DNA of 64,000 bases, taken from the IMG/VR virus record IMGVR_UViG_3300027759_000001. One strand, 5' to 3'. A program made the translations under genes and the position numbers. The stretch comes from a virus. Its lineage: Duplodnaviria; Caudoviricetes. Every line of letters starts with the position of its first letter. The first letter of the stretch is position 1. The notes beneath the pieces were generated by a model. That model searched no databases and had not been told where the DNA came from. It saw only the letters and a program-made list of their open reading frames with translations. Positions 51,621-60,623 of the stretch are shown here, piece by piece.

Positions 51621-52139
51621 ATGGATGATATGTTTGCATACAACTCACAATTTTTACCTGGAACACAAATTACCGTTGTGTTTAAGGAAAATCCAAATTA
51701 TAGTCAATTAAATGAATTTTTTAATGAGTATGGTTATGGATTTTATGCGCCTGAATTTAAAACAATTTTTATAGACGGTGAGATTTTTTTAGGTGAGGAT
51801 GGATTAACTATGGATGATTTACGTTTTATTGAAGCTCACGAAATATCACATTTAATATTAAAACATGATGGTCCAAGATCTGAAAATGATGAATTAGAGG
51901 CGGATCTAGGTGCATATATTCTTTTAAAGAATAAAAATTTATCAACTGATCGTCTTATTGACGAGTTTGAATATAGACACGGAATAGAATTCTCTGAAGA
52001 TCTTATAAATAAGATTGGAGATAAATTCCCACATACATTGAGAGAGAATAGTATAATCAATTGGGAACTACATCAACAACTGATGGAAAAAAAATACGGT
52101 AAAAGAAAAATAGAAACCGAATTTAAATTCAAAAAATAG
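51621..52139 (+). CDS. Zincin metallopeptidase-like protein
   Basis: AHEISH plus downstream ELEAD; TATTTAT upstream. Confidence 0.65.
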   Translation: MDDMFAYNSQFLPGTQITVVFKENPNYSQLNEFFNEYGYGFYAPEFKTIFIDGEIFLGEDGLTMDDLRFIEAHEISHLILKHDGPRSENDELEADLGAYILLKNKNLSTDRLIDEFEYRHGIEFSEDLINKIGDKFPHTLRENSIINWELHQQLMEKKYGKRKIETEFKFKK

Positions 52140-52178
52140 TTTGTAAAATCTAAAATAATTTACTATCTTTGTTCTTAT

Positions 52179-52370
52179 ATGAAAACCCCATGTAAGGAAT
52201 GTCCTCACGTTATTAAAAATCGTCATAATGATATGATTGTGGAGTTCGGTAAAAGAACAGGAAAGAAACATAATTGTCATATGACCGAAGGGGTGAAAGA
52301 TTTGTGGAATATTAAAAACAAAAAATTAGAATGTTATGGATCAAAGAGAGATGATTTACGGAGTGTGTGA
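52179..52370 (+). CDS. Small Cys/His-rich protein
   Basis: CKECP...CHM...C; TTTG-N20-TATCTTTG promoter upstream. Confidence 0.6.
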   Translation: MKTPCKECPHVIKNRHNDMIVEFGKRTGKKHNCHMTEGVKDLWNIKNKKLECYGSKRDDLRSV

Positions 52371-52557
52371 TAAGACAGGGAAATGTGATTCCTATTTTGG
52401 GTTCTTCAAAAATGAGAAAGATGCGGAACACGAAGTTGAAATCCAATCCAACAGACTTAAGGAAGACTTGGGTATGATGGATATTGACATTCAAACAGAC
52501 CGAGCATTATTCAATGGTAAATTAGTAATAGTAATTCATAGATACGTATTAAGATGA
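52336..52557 (+). CDS. Hypothetical protein
   Basis: ORF in operon. Confidence 0.55.
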   Translation: MDQREMIYGVCDKTGKCDSYFGFFKNEKDAEHEVEIQSNRLKEDLGMMDIDIQTDRALFNGKLVIVIHRYVLR

Positions 52558-52916
52558 ATACAAGAGAAACTAAATTTGGAACATATATAGAAATGGAAAC
52601 AGAAACAAGCACAAAATTAACTGGTGATAAAATCACAGTATTTGTAGAAAGATTGAAAAAAATTGGAATTGAAGTTAAACTCGTTGGTAACTTTCCTTGG
52701 GTTTATATTGATGAAATCTGTGGTATCAGAGTGAAAGAGAAATTTGCGGGTAATCACGGGTTTACTTTAATATTTTTACCAGGTAGAAACGATAGTCCAC
52801 CATCTGATTTTACAGATATTGGAGAGACATTCAAACTAATACGAAAGTATAGTAGAGAGGCTCTTTTGATAAAAATGATGAAGGATGATCAAGAACTTGG
52901 TTTATATGACATTTAA
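52554..52916 (+). CDS. Hypothetical protein
   Basis: ORF in operon. Confidence 0.6.
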   Translation: MNTRETKFGTYIEMETETSTKLTGDKITVFVERLKKIGIEVKLVGNFPWVYIDEICGIRVKEKFAGNHGFTLIFLPGRNDSPPSDFTDIGETFKLIRKYSREALLIKMMKDDQELGLYDI

Positions 52917-52930
52917 AAAATTTATAAAAA

Positions 52931-54049
52931 ATGGAAAATAATAATAGTGTATGTTATGTTGGTTTGATCGGTGAGATTATACCAATAGAAGGTGCGGATA
53001 ACATTGAACTTGCATTGGTTGGTGGTTGGCAAGCCATCACCAAGAAAGGTGAATACCAAGTTGGTGATATGGTTGTCGTTGCAACCACTGATGCGGTTAT
53101 ACCACAAAAACTTTCTGATGACTTAGGTGTTACAAGTTATCTTCGTAAAGGTCAGAGAGTAAGAACTATAAAACTTCGTAAGGTTTATTCTGAATGTTTA
53201 ATAATACCAATAGGGTTTGTTCCGGAAAAATATAGATATGATGGTTCTGACTGCATGGAGTTACTTGAAGTGTTTAAATACGAACCACCAGTTAAGATGG
53301 TTCAGTTAAGTGGAGGTAGAAAATTTAAATACCACCAAAACCCTAACTTTCATGTTTACTACAAGTTTCCTAACTTAAAGAACGCACCTGAAATGTTTAA
53401 CGAGGAAGACATAGTTACTGTTACTCGTAAACTTCACGGAACAAATGCTCGTTATGGAATTGTTAGAAAGAAAAGATTTTCAATATTTGATAGAGTTAAA
53501 AAATTGTTTGGGGTTCAATGGGTAGGATATGAATACGTTTACGGATCTCATAATGTAGAAAAAGGTTCTGACTCTCAAGGGTTTTATGAAACTGATGTAT
53601 GGAGAGACACTTCTGAAAATTATCAAATCAAAGAAAAACTTTGGAAGTTTGTAAAAACATTTGGGTCTGAGGAATTTTTGGGTGATGGGTTAATCATCTA
53701 TGGTGAGATATATGGTCATGGGATCCAAAAAAATTACAATTACGGACTTGAAGATATAAAGTTTGCTGGTTTTGATATTGAATTAAATGGTAAATACTTA
53801 CCACACCACGATGAAAAAAACATCTTTGAAGGTTTGGACTTACCAAGAGTTGAAGTTCTTTATATGGGTCCATGGTCTAAAGATGAGCAAGACAAACACG
53901 TATTTAACAACATGATTAAAGGAACCAAAGTTCCACACGAAGGTGTTGTTGTTAAATCTGTTACTGGTGATAGACATAAAGTTGGTAAAGTTATCAATCC
54001 TGACTACTTGATCTATGGTGAAAAAAATAACGTAGGTGACTCCCATTAA
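52931..54049 (+). CDS. RNA ligase (DRB0094/Rnl2-like, with N-terminal OB/tRNA-binding domain)
   Basis: IEGADNIELA..GWQAI OB domain; RKLHGTN motif I, YGEIYG, FDI, EGVVVK, K..NPDYL. Confidence 0.85.
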   Translation: MENNNSVCYVGLIGEIIPIEGADNIELALVGGWQAITKKGEYQVGDMVVVATTDAVIPQKLSDDLGVTSYLRKGQRVRTIKLRKVYSECLIIPIGFVPEKYRYDGSDCMELLEVFKYEPPVKMVQLSGGRKFKYHQNPNFHVYYKFPNLKNAPEMFNEEDIVTVTRKLHGTNARYGIVRKKRFSIFDRVKKLFGVQWVGYEYVYGSHNVEKGSDSQGFYETDVWRDTSENYQIKEKLWKFVKTFGSEEFLGDGLIIYGEIYGHGIQKNYNYGLEDIKFAGFDIELNGKYLPHHDEKNIFEGLDLPRVEVLYMGPWSKDEQDKHVFNNMIKGTKVPHEGVVVKSVTGDRHKVGKVINPDYLIYGEKNNVGDSH

Positions 54050-54070
54050 CTTGATGGGGTCACTTTTTTT
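54036..54070 (+). terminator. Intrinsic terminator
   Basis: GTGACTCCCAT...ATGGGGTCAC followed by T7. Confidence 0.8.
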
Positions 54071-54087
54071 TATTATTATTAAATAAC

Positions 54088-54297
54088 ATGGAACAAAAAT
54101 TAAATGTATTTTCATTTCTATCAAAGAATATTTTATTTTACGCAATTATTTTATTGATAGAGAATGATTACAATCCACTTAATTGGTGGATATTAAGTGG
54201 GTTCTTTCAGATTGTAATAACAATAGTTTTTGAGTTATATATACTTGGAACATCATTAGAAGAAAAAAATATAGAAAATGGGTATAAAGAAAATTAA
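54088..54297 (+). CDS. Small membrane protein
   Basis: Two hydrophobic helices. Confidence 0.55.
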   Translation: MEQKLNVFSFLSKNILFYAIILLIENDYNPLNWWILSGFFQIVITIVFELYILGTSLEEKNIENGYKEN

Positions 54298-55246
54298 AAA
54301 AGAAAACAATTCAATTAACATTAGTTTAGTTGATTTAATGGGTAAATTAGATAATAGTGAGACTAAAAAGTATACACAATTTTTAGTTAAAATACTTAAA
54401 AAAAACTTTGATAATGAACAGGATTTCTTGGTAAGAGATTCTTCACATAGGGAAAGAAAGATTGATCAAGTTTTAAATACTAGTACGTTTGATGGTTGGA
54501 TTACAAGAAAAATACTTACTAATTTATATGGTTGGGATGAAGTTGATTCATTTATTAATTTTTGTGAATTTATGGAAAGAGGATTAATTAATGAAAAAGA
54601 CATTAGTAAATACGATAGTTGGGAAATGGTTACAAGTGAAGTATTCCAAGCTAAAAATCGTAATTTATTTAAAATGGCTAAAAAAGAAGTTAAAGTTGTT
54701 TACGAAGATGATCAATATATGTGTATTAAACCATTAACTTATGCGGCATCTGTTTCATATGGTTATCAAACTAGATGGTGTACTGCTTCAGTTCAGGAAC
54801 CTAGTTATTTCTACAATCACTCAAAAGACGGCGTACTTGTATATTTAATTGATAAAATCAATAATGTGAAATTTGGGTTTTACCATAATAGTTATCAAAT
54901 TCAAATATACAATCAAAAAGACGATAGAGTAGATTCAATGGAGACAGGTATTCCGGTAGAATTATTACATAAGTTGATTGGTGAAATGAAATCTGAAGCT
55001 AAAGATAAAAATTTTAATTATAAGTTATTTGGTGAAAGTGAATTGGAAAACATGAAAAAATATAGAGGTAATGATACTATGGTGGAACCAGTTCCAATGG
55101 ATGAAATGTTAATGGAGGAAGAACCAATACGTTATGAAAATGAAATAATGGAGCAAAGTGTGTCGGAAATGTTAAATAATTTACAAGAAAGAGTTCGCAG
55201 ATTAAGACCTACAAATCCACTTGAGATTGGTGATGACTTACCATAA
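54278..55246 (+). CDS. Hypothetical protein with a YGYQTRWCTA domain (PcfJ-like)
   Basis: IKPLTYAASVSYGYQTRWCTAS. Confidence 0.65.
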   Translation: MGIKKIKKENNSINISLVDLMGKLDNSETKKYTQFLVKILKKNFDNEQDFLVRDSSHRERKIDQVLNTSTFDGWITRKILTNLYGWDEVDSFINFCEFMERGLINEKDISKYDSWEMVTSEVFQAKNRNLFKMAKKEVKVVYEDDQYMCIKPLTYAASVSYGYQTRWCTASVQEPSYFYNHSKDGVLVYLIDKINNVKFGFYHNSYQIQIYNQKDDRVDSMETGIPVELLHKLIGEMKSEAKDKNFNYKLFGESELENMKKYRGNDTMVEPVPMDEMLMEEEPIRYENEIMEQSVSEMLNNLQERVRRLRPTNPLEIGDDLP

Positions 55247-55263
55247 TTTTAAAAAATTATAAT

Positions 55264-55548
55264 ATGGATGATTTAAGTAAAAACATTAAAAAAATGTATT
55301 TGAGAATAAATGGTGAAATAACTGACCATGAAATGTCACCTCCTCCATCAAAAAAAGTTAAAACTTTTACTCTTGATGAGGATCAGGTTAAAAAATTGGA
55401 GGAGTGGCAATCACACATAAAAGCGATATATGGTCAATATGGTGATTATGAGTATAGATTCTCAAGTAATGGAATTGGTCAAATTGTTACGGTATATAGT
55501 GAATTGGCTGACATTGAATTAGATCTAACTGATGTTAGTAGTTGGTAA
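55264..55548 (+). CDS. Hypothetical protein
   Basis: ORF; terminator hairpin at about 55567-55596. Confidence 0.6.
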   Translation: MDDLSKNIKKMYLRINGEITDHEMSPPPSKKVKTFTLDEDQVKKLEEWQSHIKAIYGQYGDYEYRFSSNGIGQIVTVYSELADIELDLTDVSSW

Positions 55549-55628
55549 AAACAAATTATACGGAAGAACCCTCAGTAGAAATATTGGGGGTTTTTTACTT
55601 TATGAAGTATTTATATTAAAAACCATTC

Positions 55629-56768
55629 ATGGAAGATAAAAAAATTATTATTGAAGAATTAAGTAGGATTAAAAATCTTATGGTTTATGATAGATCTAAA
55701 ACATTAAATGAAAATATTAATGAAGGTTTGTTTGACACTTCGGATGGTAAGATAGCGAGATGGTTATTACCTTCAGGTGATATCATTACCGGAGATAAAA
55801 TAAAAGGGATGATACCTACAGGGGCGGAACAGTTAAATGCTAAAAATGCGGAAAAAGCGATTGATATTGCTAGTGGGTTGAAAACCGCTTCCTCTCTTTT
55901 TGGTGGTGGAGGAGCAACTGCTGCGGCAACAGGTGCTGCTGAGGTTGGAGCTGGTGCCCTTGAGGTTGGAGGCATTACGTATAGTGCTGGTGCGGTTGGT
56001 GCTGGTGCGGTTGGTGCTGGTGCGGTTGGTGCTGAGGGTGCTGCAGCGGCTACTTTTTTAGGTTTAGGACCTGTTGGTTGGATAGTAATCGGTGTTGCAG
56101 GTCTTGCGGCTTTAGGTTATTGGGCGGCAACAAAGGATGATAAAATGGGTATGATTGAAAATTTATTTGGAATTTGTAAATCAAGTAAAGAAAAGGATAA
56201 GTGGAAAAGATATATGAGTGATGAGGAGGTTAGAAAAAATTCAGGTATATTATACCATGCTATGGAAGGTTGGGGTACAGATGAGGATGCAATTTATAAT
56301 GTATTTAAATTGTTTAAAAGTCCTGGTGATTTTTGTGCGGTAAGTGAAAAATATGAAAGTACATTTGACGAATCATTATTAGATGCTTTAGATGGTGACT
56401 TTGATTATGGTTGGGAACCAATTGCAAAATCTTTAGTTGATATGACTAAAAACTATGCTCAAACTGAGGCTGAAGATTATTGTAAAAATAACGTTAAAGA
56501 ATGTGCGGACAAATTAAAATTGTATTGTGAAAAAACGCCTGACGATCCTAAATGTAAAGTTTTGAAAACTAATGTTGTTGACTTTAAAAATTGTAATGGT
56601 GAATACTATAAAGGATGTAAGGGACCAAAAATAGTACAAATACAAAAATGTTTAGGTTTAACTGCCGATGGTAAATTTGGTGAAGAAACAGAAAAAGCGT
56701 TGGAGGAGAAAACAAAAAGTAAAACATTCAAAGACGTAGATGTTAAAACAATATGTGATAAAAAATAA
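55629..56768 (+). CDS. Late protein with a Gly/Ala hydrophobic segment, an annexin-like repeat and a peptidoglycan-binding motif
   Basis: LYHAMEGWGTDEDAIYNVF...KYESTFDESLLDALDGDF; IVQIQKCLGLTADGKFGEETEKAL. Confidence 0.7.
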   Translation: MEDKKIIIEELSRIKNLMVYDRSKTLNENINEGLFDTSDGKIARWLLPSGDIITGDKIKGMIPTGAEQLNAKNAEKAIDIASGLKTASSLFGGGGATAAATGAAEVGAGALEVGGITYSAGAVGAGAVGAGAVGAEGAAAATFLGLGPVGWIVIGVAGLAALGYWAATKDDKMGMIENLFGICKSSKEKDKWKRYMSDEEVRKNSGILYHAMEGWGTDEDAIYNVFKLFKSPGDFCAVSEKYESTFDESLLDALDGDFDYGWEPIAKSLVDMTKNYAQTEAEDYCKNNVKECADKLKLYCEKTPDDPKCKVLKTNVVDFKNCNGEYYKGCKGPKIVQIQKCLGLTADGKFGEETEKALEEKTKSKTFKDVDVKTICDKK

Positions 56769-56785
56769 AATATTAATACATTTTT

Positions 56786-56815
56786 AAACCCCATTTCTAA
56801 AGAGTGGGGTTTTTT
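56786..56815 (+). terminator. Intrinsic terminator
   Basis: AAACCCCAT..GTGGGGTTT followed by a T run. Confidence 0.8.
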
Positions 56816-56941
56816 ATTTAAAAAAAATTTACTATCTTTGTACTATGGTAGGTTTTATACTTTTTTTAGTGATAATAATGGTATCGTTTTTTATTAGGAA
56901 AGTCAATAAAGATAAGGATCATCCATTCAATAAATTCTTTA

Positions 56942-57217
56942 ATGATAGGTAAAAATAAAATATTAGTTATTTTAAATTTTTTGGACACACATTATGGTGA
57001 CTTAGTGTGTAGCCCAAAAAATCTTTGTTACCATAAAGAAGGTGAGATTTATTTTAGATTTAATTTAAAAGATGAGGTTATCTTTTTAGAGTATAAAAAT
57101 TTTATCCAACCAATATGTAAAGCGTTAAACATAAAAGAGGATATGTTAAATGATCTTTATGAGGTAATTAAAGAATGGATTGAATATGTTTTTAAAATTA
57201 AAGGAACAATAATGTAA
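56942..57217 (+). CDS. Hypothetical protein, possible paralogue of the 60613 N-terminal domain
   Basis: Ends in IKEWIEYVFKIK, compare VTEWFESRF. Confidence 0.55.
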   Translation: MIGKNKILVILNFLDTHYGDLVCSPKNLCYHKEGEIYFRFNLKDEVIFLEYKNFIQPICKALNIKEDMLNDLYEVIKEWIEYVFKIKGTIM

Positions 57218-57219
57218 TT

Positions 57220-57804
57220 ATGAAAGTAATATTTTTAGATAACGATGGTGTAATTTGTCTATCCAATAATTGGGGTGGACGAACAAAGAAATGGTCAAAA
57301 TACCGAAGTGCAAATCCTGATTTAAGTGGTGAAAAAAAAGATGCTCCGGTATCTGTACGATTTGATGACTTTGATAAAAAGGCAATTAAAATCCTTAATG
57401 AGATACTTGAAGAAACGGGATGTGAAATTGTTGTAAGTTCTGATTGGAAATTACATGCAACTCTTGAAGAACTTGGTGACTATTACGAGAGTCAGGGGAT
57501 CATCAAACGACCAATTGCTTTGACGCCAAACATACAAAATTGTACGGTTCATGGTAATGTTTTTATATGGTCACGACAATGGGATTTAGAACAAGTCCGA
57601 ACTATTGAAATTAGACAATATCTACACGATCATCCTGAGGTTACACATTGGGTTTCTGTTGATGATTTGAATATGGGTAAAATTGGTGAACCTTGGAAAG
57701 ATGTTTGGGCAATTGACAATTTTGTTTTAACTCCAAAATCAAATGAGGGGATTAAACAATTAAGTATTAAAGAAAAGATATTAAATTTTTTAAAAGATGA
57801 CTAA
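57220..57804 (+). CDS. HAD phosphatase (RNA-repair 'Swiss army knife' type)
   Basis: VIFLDNDGVI, IVVSSDWK, WVSVDD. Confidence 0.8.
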   Translation: MKVIFLDNDGVICLSNNWGGRTKKWSKYRSANPDLSGEKKDAPVSVRFDDFDKKAIKILNEILEETGCEIVVSSDWKLHATLEELGDYYESQGIIKRPIALTPNIQNCTVHGNVFIWSRQWDLEQVRTIEIRQYLHDHPEVTHWVSVDDLNMGKIGEPWKDVWAIDNFVLTPKSNEGIKQLSIKEKILNFLKDD

Positions 57805-58180
57805 AGAAGAAATGAATGGGTTTTTGGAATCCATTGGGGGATTAGAAAATGGATTTTACACGGATAGGGACCCTATTAAGGACTCTGGATTCTTTGAATG
57901 TGGGAATGGTTGGTTTCCATTAATTAAGGATCTAATAACCGATCTAATAGAGTTAGGTTGGGACAAACAAACTTGCCAGGTCAAAGAAAAGTTTGGTGCG
58001 TTAAGATTTTACATCAATACTGGATCTGATGAAATTTTTAAAAAAATACACTCATATGAAAATAAAAGTTATGAGATTTGTGAGACCTGTGGAGAAAAAG
58101 GGGAGTTAAGACTTGTAGGTTGGTATAAAACATTATGTAATAAACACCATGAAGAACATAAATCAAATATTCAAGAATAA
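57797..58180 (+). CDS. Conserved phage protein with a Zn finger
   Basis: GWFPLI, QVKEKFGALRFY, CETCG..LC..H. Confidence 0.7.
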   Translation: MTKEEMNGFLESIGGLENGFYTDRDPIKDSGFFECGNGWFPLIKDLITDLIELGWDKQTCQVKEKFGALRFYINTGSDEIFKKIHSYENKSYEICETCGEKGELRLVGWYKTLCNKHHEEHKSNIQE

Positions 58181-58463
58181 TAAACATTTAATGGATGAAC
58201 CTGAAGTTATTGAACTTGTTGAATATACAAGAGAACTTGAGGAAATTGTACTCCAAAGAAAGATTGAGGATTCATATGATAAGGAACATATGTTAAGATC
58301 TATGTTATTAGATATATTAACAAGTTGTCGTGATATGGAAGACACAAATCAATTGTCCGAAAGATATCCTGATATGTATGAAAAATGTGATGCCGAATCT
58401 TTAGTTAAAAATTTAAAGATTTATATTATGGATATGAACTATAAAAATGATTTAAGAATATGA
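58149..58463 (+). CDS. Hypothetical protein
   Basis: ORF in operon. Confidence 0.55.
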   Translation: MKNINQIFKNNKHLMDEPEVIELVEYTRELEEIVLQRKIEDSYDKEHMLRSMLLDILTSCRDMEDTNQLSERYPDMYEKCDAESLVKNLKIYIMDMNYKNDLRI

Positions 58464-58771
58464 ACAAGATTAGTTTAAGTGAGAATTGTTTTGGTGTTGA
58501 TGTGGAGATAGATGACGAATCACTATTTATTCATGAGTATGATAATAGGAGTCCTGAGGTAATTAATGATTTACAGGATGAATTGATTGATAAGTTAAGA
58601 TTAATAAAAAATAAATTAAGTATGAATGAGTGGACTGAAATCCTTCAGTTAATTATTAGTCACGGGGATGAGTTTGAGTATGATGTTGAAAATTCAATGG
58701 ATTATGAATCTTGTGATCAGTGTGGTAATTGGAATCATAATCATATATATAACAAAAAGAAAAATGACTAG
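58460..58771 (+). CDS. Hypothetical protein
   Basis: ORF; CDQCG near the C-terminus. Confidence 0.55.
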   Translation: MNKISLSENCFGVDVEIDDESLFIHEYDNRSPEVINDLQDELIDKLRLIKNKLSMNEWTEILQLIISHGDEFEYDVENSMDYESCDQCGNWNHNHIYNKKKND

Positions 58772-59066
58772 AGTAAAATTATTTGTAATTGATGATAAAC
58801 CATATCTTGGATCTACCGAAGAGATATTTATTGGCGATGATGCTATTGTAACCGTAAATGGACAATACCCAATGATCGTTAAATGTGAAAATGAAATCGT
58901 ATTAAATTTGATAAAGGAGCCTAAATTAAGTTTAACACGAAGTTTTAAGATTCATGCTAAACCTGAAAAATTAAATTTAACTCCTGAAGACATTGATAGA
59001 ATATTATCTGTAGATGAAGGATTATGTGAGGTTGAAAATTTTGAAGGTAAGATTAGGTTTATTTAA
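58764..59066 (+). CDS. Hypothetical protein
   Basis: Start moved to the overlapping ATG at 58764. Confidence 0.55.
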   Translation: MTRVKLFVIDDKPYLGSTEEIFIGDDAIVTVNGQYPMIVKCENEIVLNLIKEPKLSLTRSFKIHAKPEKLNLTPEDIDRILSVDEGLCEVENFEGKIRFI

Positions 59067-59097
59067 AAATAATACATATCTTTGATAAAAATAAGAT

Positions 59098-59331
59098 ATG
59101 GTTAAAAAAGCTGAAATATTAAGTCAAGAGTTCAAGGTTACGTTTGCACAAGATGCTGACTGTCAAACAACTGAAGATCAGTTCTTAACAATCAAAACTG
59201 ATGATGGTGGTGGTGGTGACTTTTTTGTTATTGAAACAGAAAGATGGGCATTTGATTCCGTTGATGAGTTGATTGAGATATTCAATAAGTTCAAAGAGAA
59301 ACACGAAAAAATCAAAGAAGAAAAATTATGA
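59098..59331 (+). CDS. Hypothetical early protein
   Basis: TATCTTTG at 59077 upstream. Confidence 0.6.
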   Translation: MVKKAEILSQEFKVTFAQDADCQTTEDQFLTIKTDDGGGGDFFVIETERWAFDSVDELIEIFNKFKEKHEKIKEEKL

Positions 59332-59573
59332 AAAAATTAATGTTTATTGTCTTACTGGGATTAACTTCCTGTAATATAAAAGAATATAGGTATGAGATTC
59401 GGGGTAAGGTTTACGTACCTACTTCAGGTATAAACCCAATGCACGATGCTATATGGTACACAGATACTATTAGTTTTGATGGTGATACGGCATATTACTT
59501 TAATAGTGATGGGTCTGAAGTAAGAATTTACCCACCATATGTTTTAAAAGATAATTCATTAAATAAGAAATAA
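59328..59573 (+). CDS. Putative lipoprotein
   Basis: MKKLMFIVLLGLTSC lipobox. Confidence 0.65.
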   Translation: MKKLMFIVLLGLTSCNIKEYRYEIRGKVYVPTSGINPMHDAIWYTDTISFDGDTAYYFNSDGSEVRIYPPYVLKDNSLNKK

Positions 59574-59800
59574 TGGAAAAGAGAAGTACACATTACGGAG
59601 ACGTAGAGAAATGGGTGAGAAAGGTAATTGATTCCTGTGAGACCTATCAACAAATTTTTGGAGCAAAAAATTTAATTAAGAATTTTGAGGATCAAATGAG
59701 TCGTAATAAAGTTAACCCTAGTTTAATTTGGTCTGTTAGTTCTTCTTTAGGTTTTGAATTAACTTTAAAAAGAAATGAATTGTTAAAAAAACAAATGTAA
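59573..59800 (+). CDS. Hypothetical protein
   Basis: Coupled ORF. Confidence 0.55.
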   Translation: MEKRSTHYGDVEKWVRKVIDSCETYQQIFGAKNLIKNFEDQMSRNKVNPSLIWSVSSSLGFELTLKRNELLKKQM

Positions 59801-59802
59801 AA

Positions 59803-59973
59803 ATGGAAAGTAAAAGTAGTAAAATTGCTGCAATAATTGGGATTATTATTGGTTGTATTATTGGATCTATGATTTCATATTCAATGTTAAAAGAACATAA
59901 AAAATGTGAGATTTTGGTTGAGGAAAATAAAATGTTAAGAGATATGTTATATGAGGAACAAAATCCTCAATAA
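59803..59973 (+). CDS. Small transmembrane plus coiled-coil protein; not in the ORF track
   Basis: 56 aa MESKSSKIAAIIGIIIGCIIGSMISY... Confidence 0.55.
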   Translation: MESKSSKIAAIIGIIIGCIIGSMISYSMLKEHKKCEILVEENKMLRDMLYEEQNPQ

Positions 59974-60014
59974 TATTTGTATATTTGTAAAATATTATAT
60001 AAATAAACACAACA

Positions 60015-60623
60015 ATGATTGATAACATAGAAATTATAAAAACTTTATTGAATTTTTCTGAACAAGGAGATTTCTATATGTTGTATGTATTCAAACGTAA
60101 GAAAGATCAACCTGAAGGTGAGAGAGACAATCACCAATCTGTAAGGACTATTAAAACTTATTGTATTGAATCTATTGACCATTTGGAACGTAGATATGAT
60201 GAGATCAAACAACTATGTGAGATGTTTAAGGCGAGGGCGTATATTCACGTACAAAAACAAAATCATAAGGATGTTTCGTTAAATATGTTATCGTCACTTG
60301 CTGAACGTATCAGGGATGGTGTATCCAACCAGAAAGGGTTGTTTGATTCTGTTGTTGGGCAAATTAAAACTCAAGAGAAGATATGGATTGTTGACATTGA
60401 CACTAAGGATATTCAAGAATTAAGAAATGTTCAAGTGACTATTAATGGATGTAAACCTGAAGGACCTAAAACTAAATACGTTATTCCAACTAAAAATGGA
60501 TTCCATTTAATAACCGATAAGTTTGATGTTTTAGAATTTAAGAAACAATATCCTGAGATTGATATTCAAAAGAAGAACCCAACATTATTATATTTACCAA
60601 ACAGTTTAGAAGATGGATTATAA
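60015..60623 (+). CDS. Hypothetical protein with AEP/primase-polymerase-like motifs
   Basis: WIVDID and PTKNGFHLI resemble AEP motifs I and II; TATATTTG promoter at 59980. Confidence 0.5.
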   Translation: MIDNIEIIKTLLNFSEQGDFYMLYVFKRKKDQPEGERDNHQSVRTIKTYCIESIDHLERRYDEIKQLCEMFKARAYIHVQKQNHKDVSLNMLSSLAERIRDGVSNQKGLFDSVVGQIKTQEKIWIVDIDTKDIQELRNVQVTINGCKPEGPKTKYVIPTKNGFHLITDKFDVLEFKKQYPEIDIQKKNPTLLYLPNSLEDGL

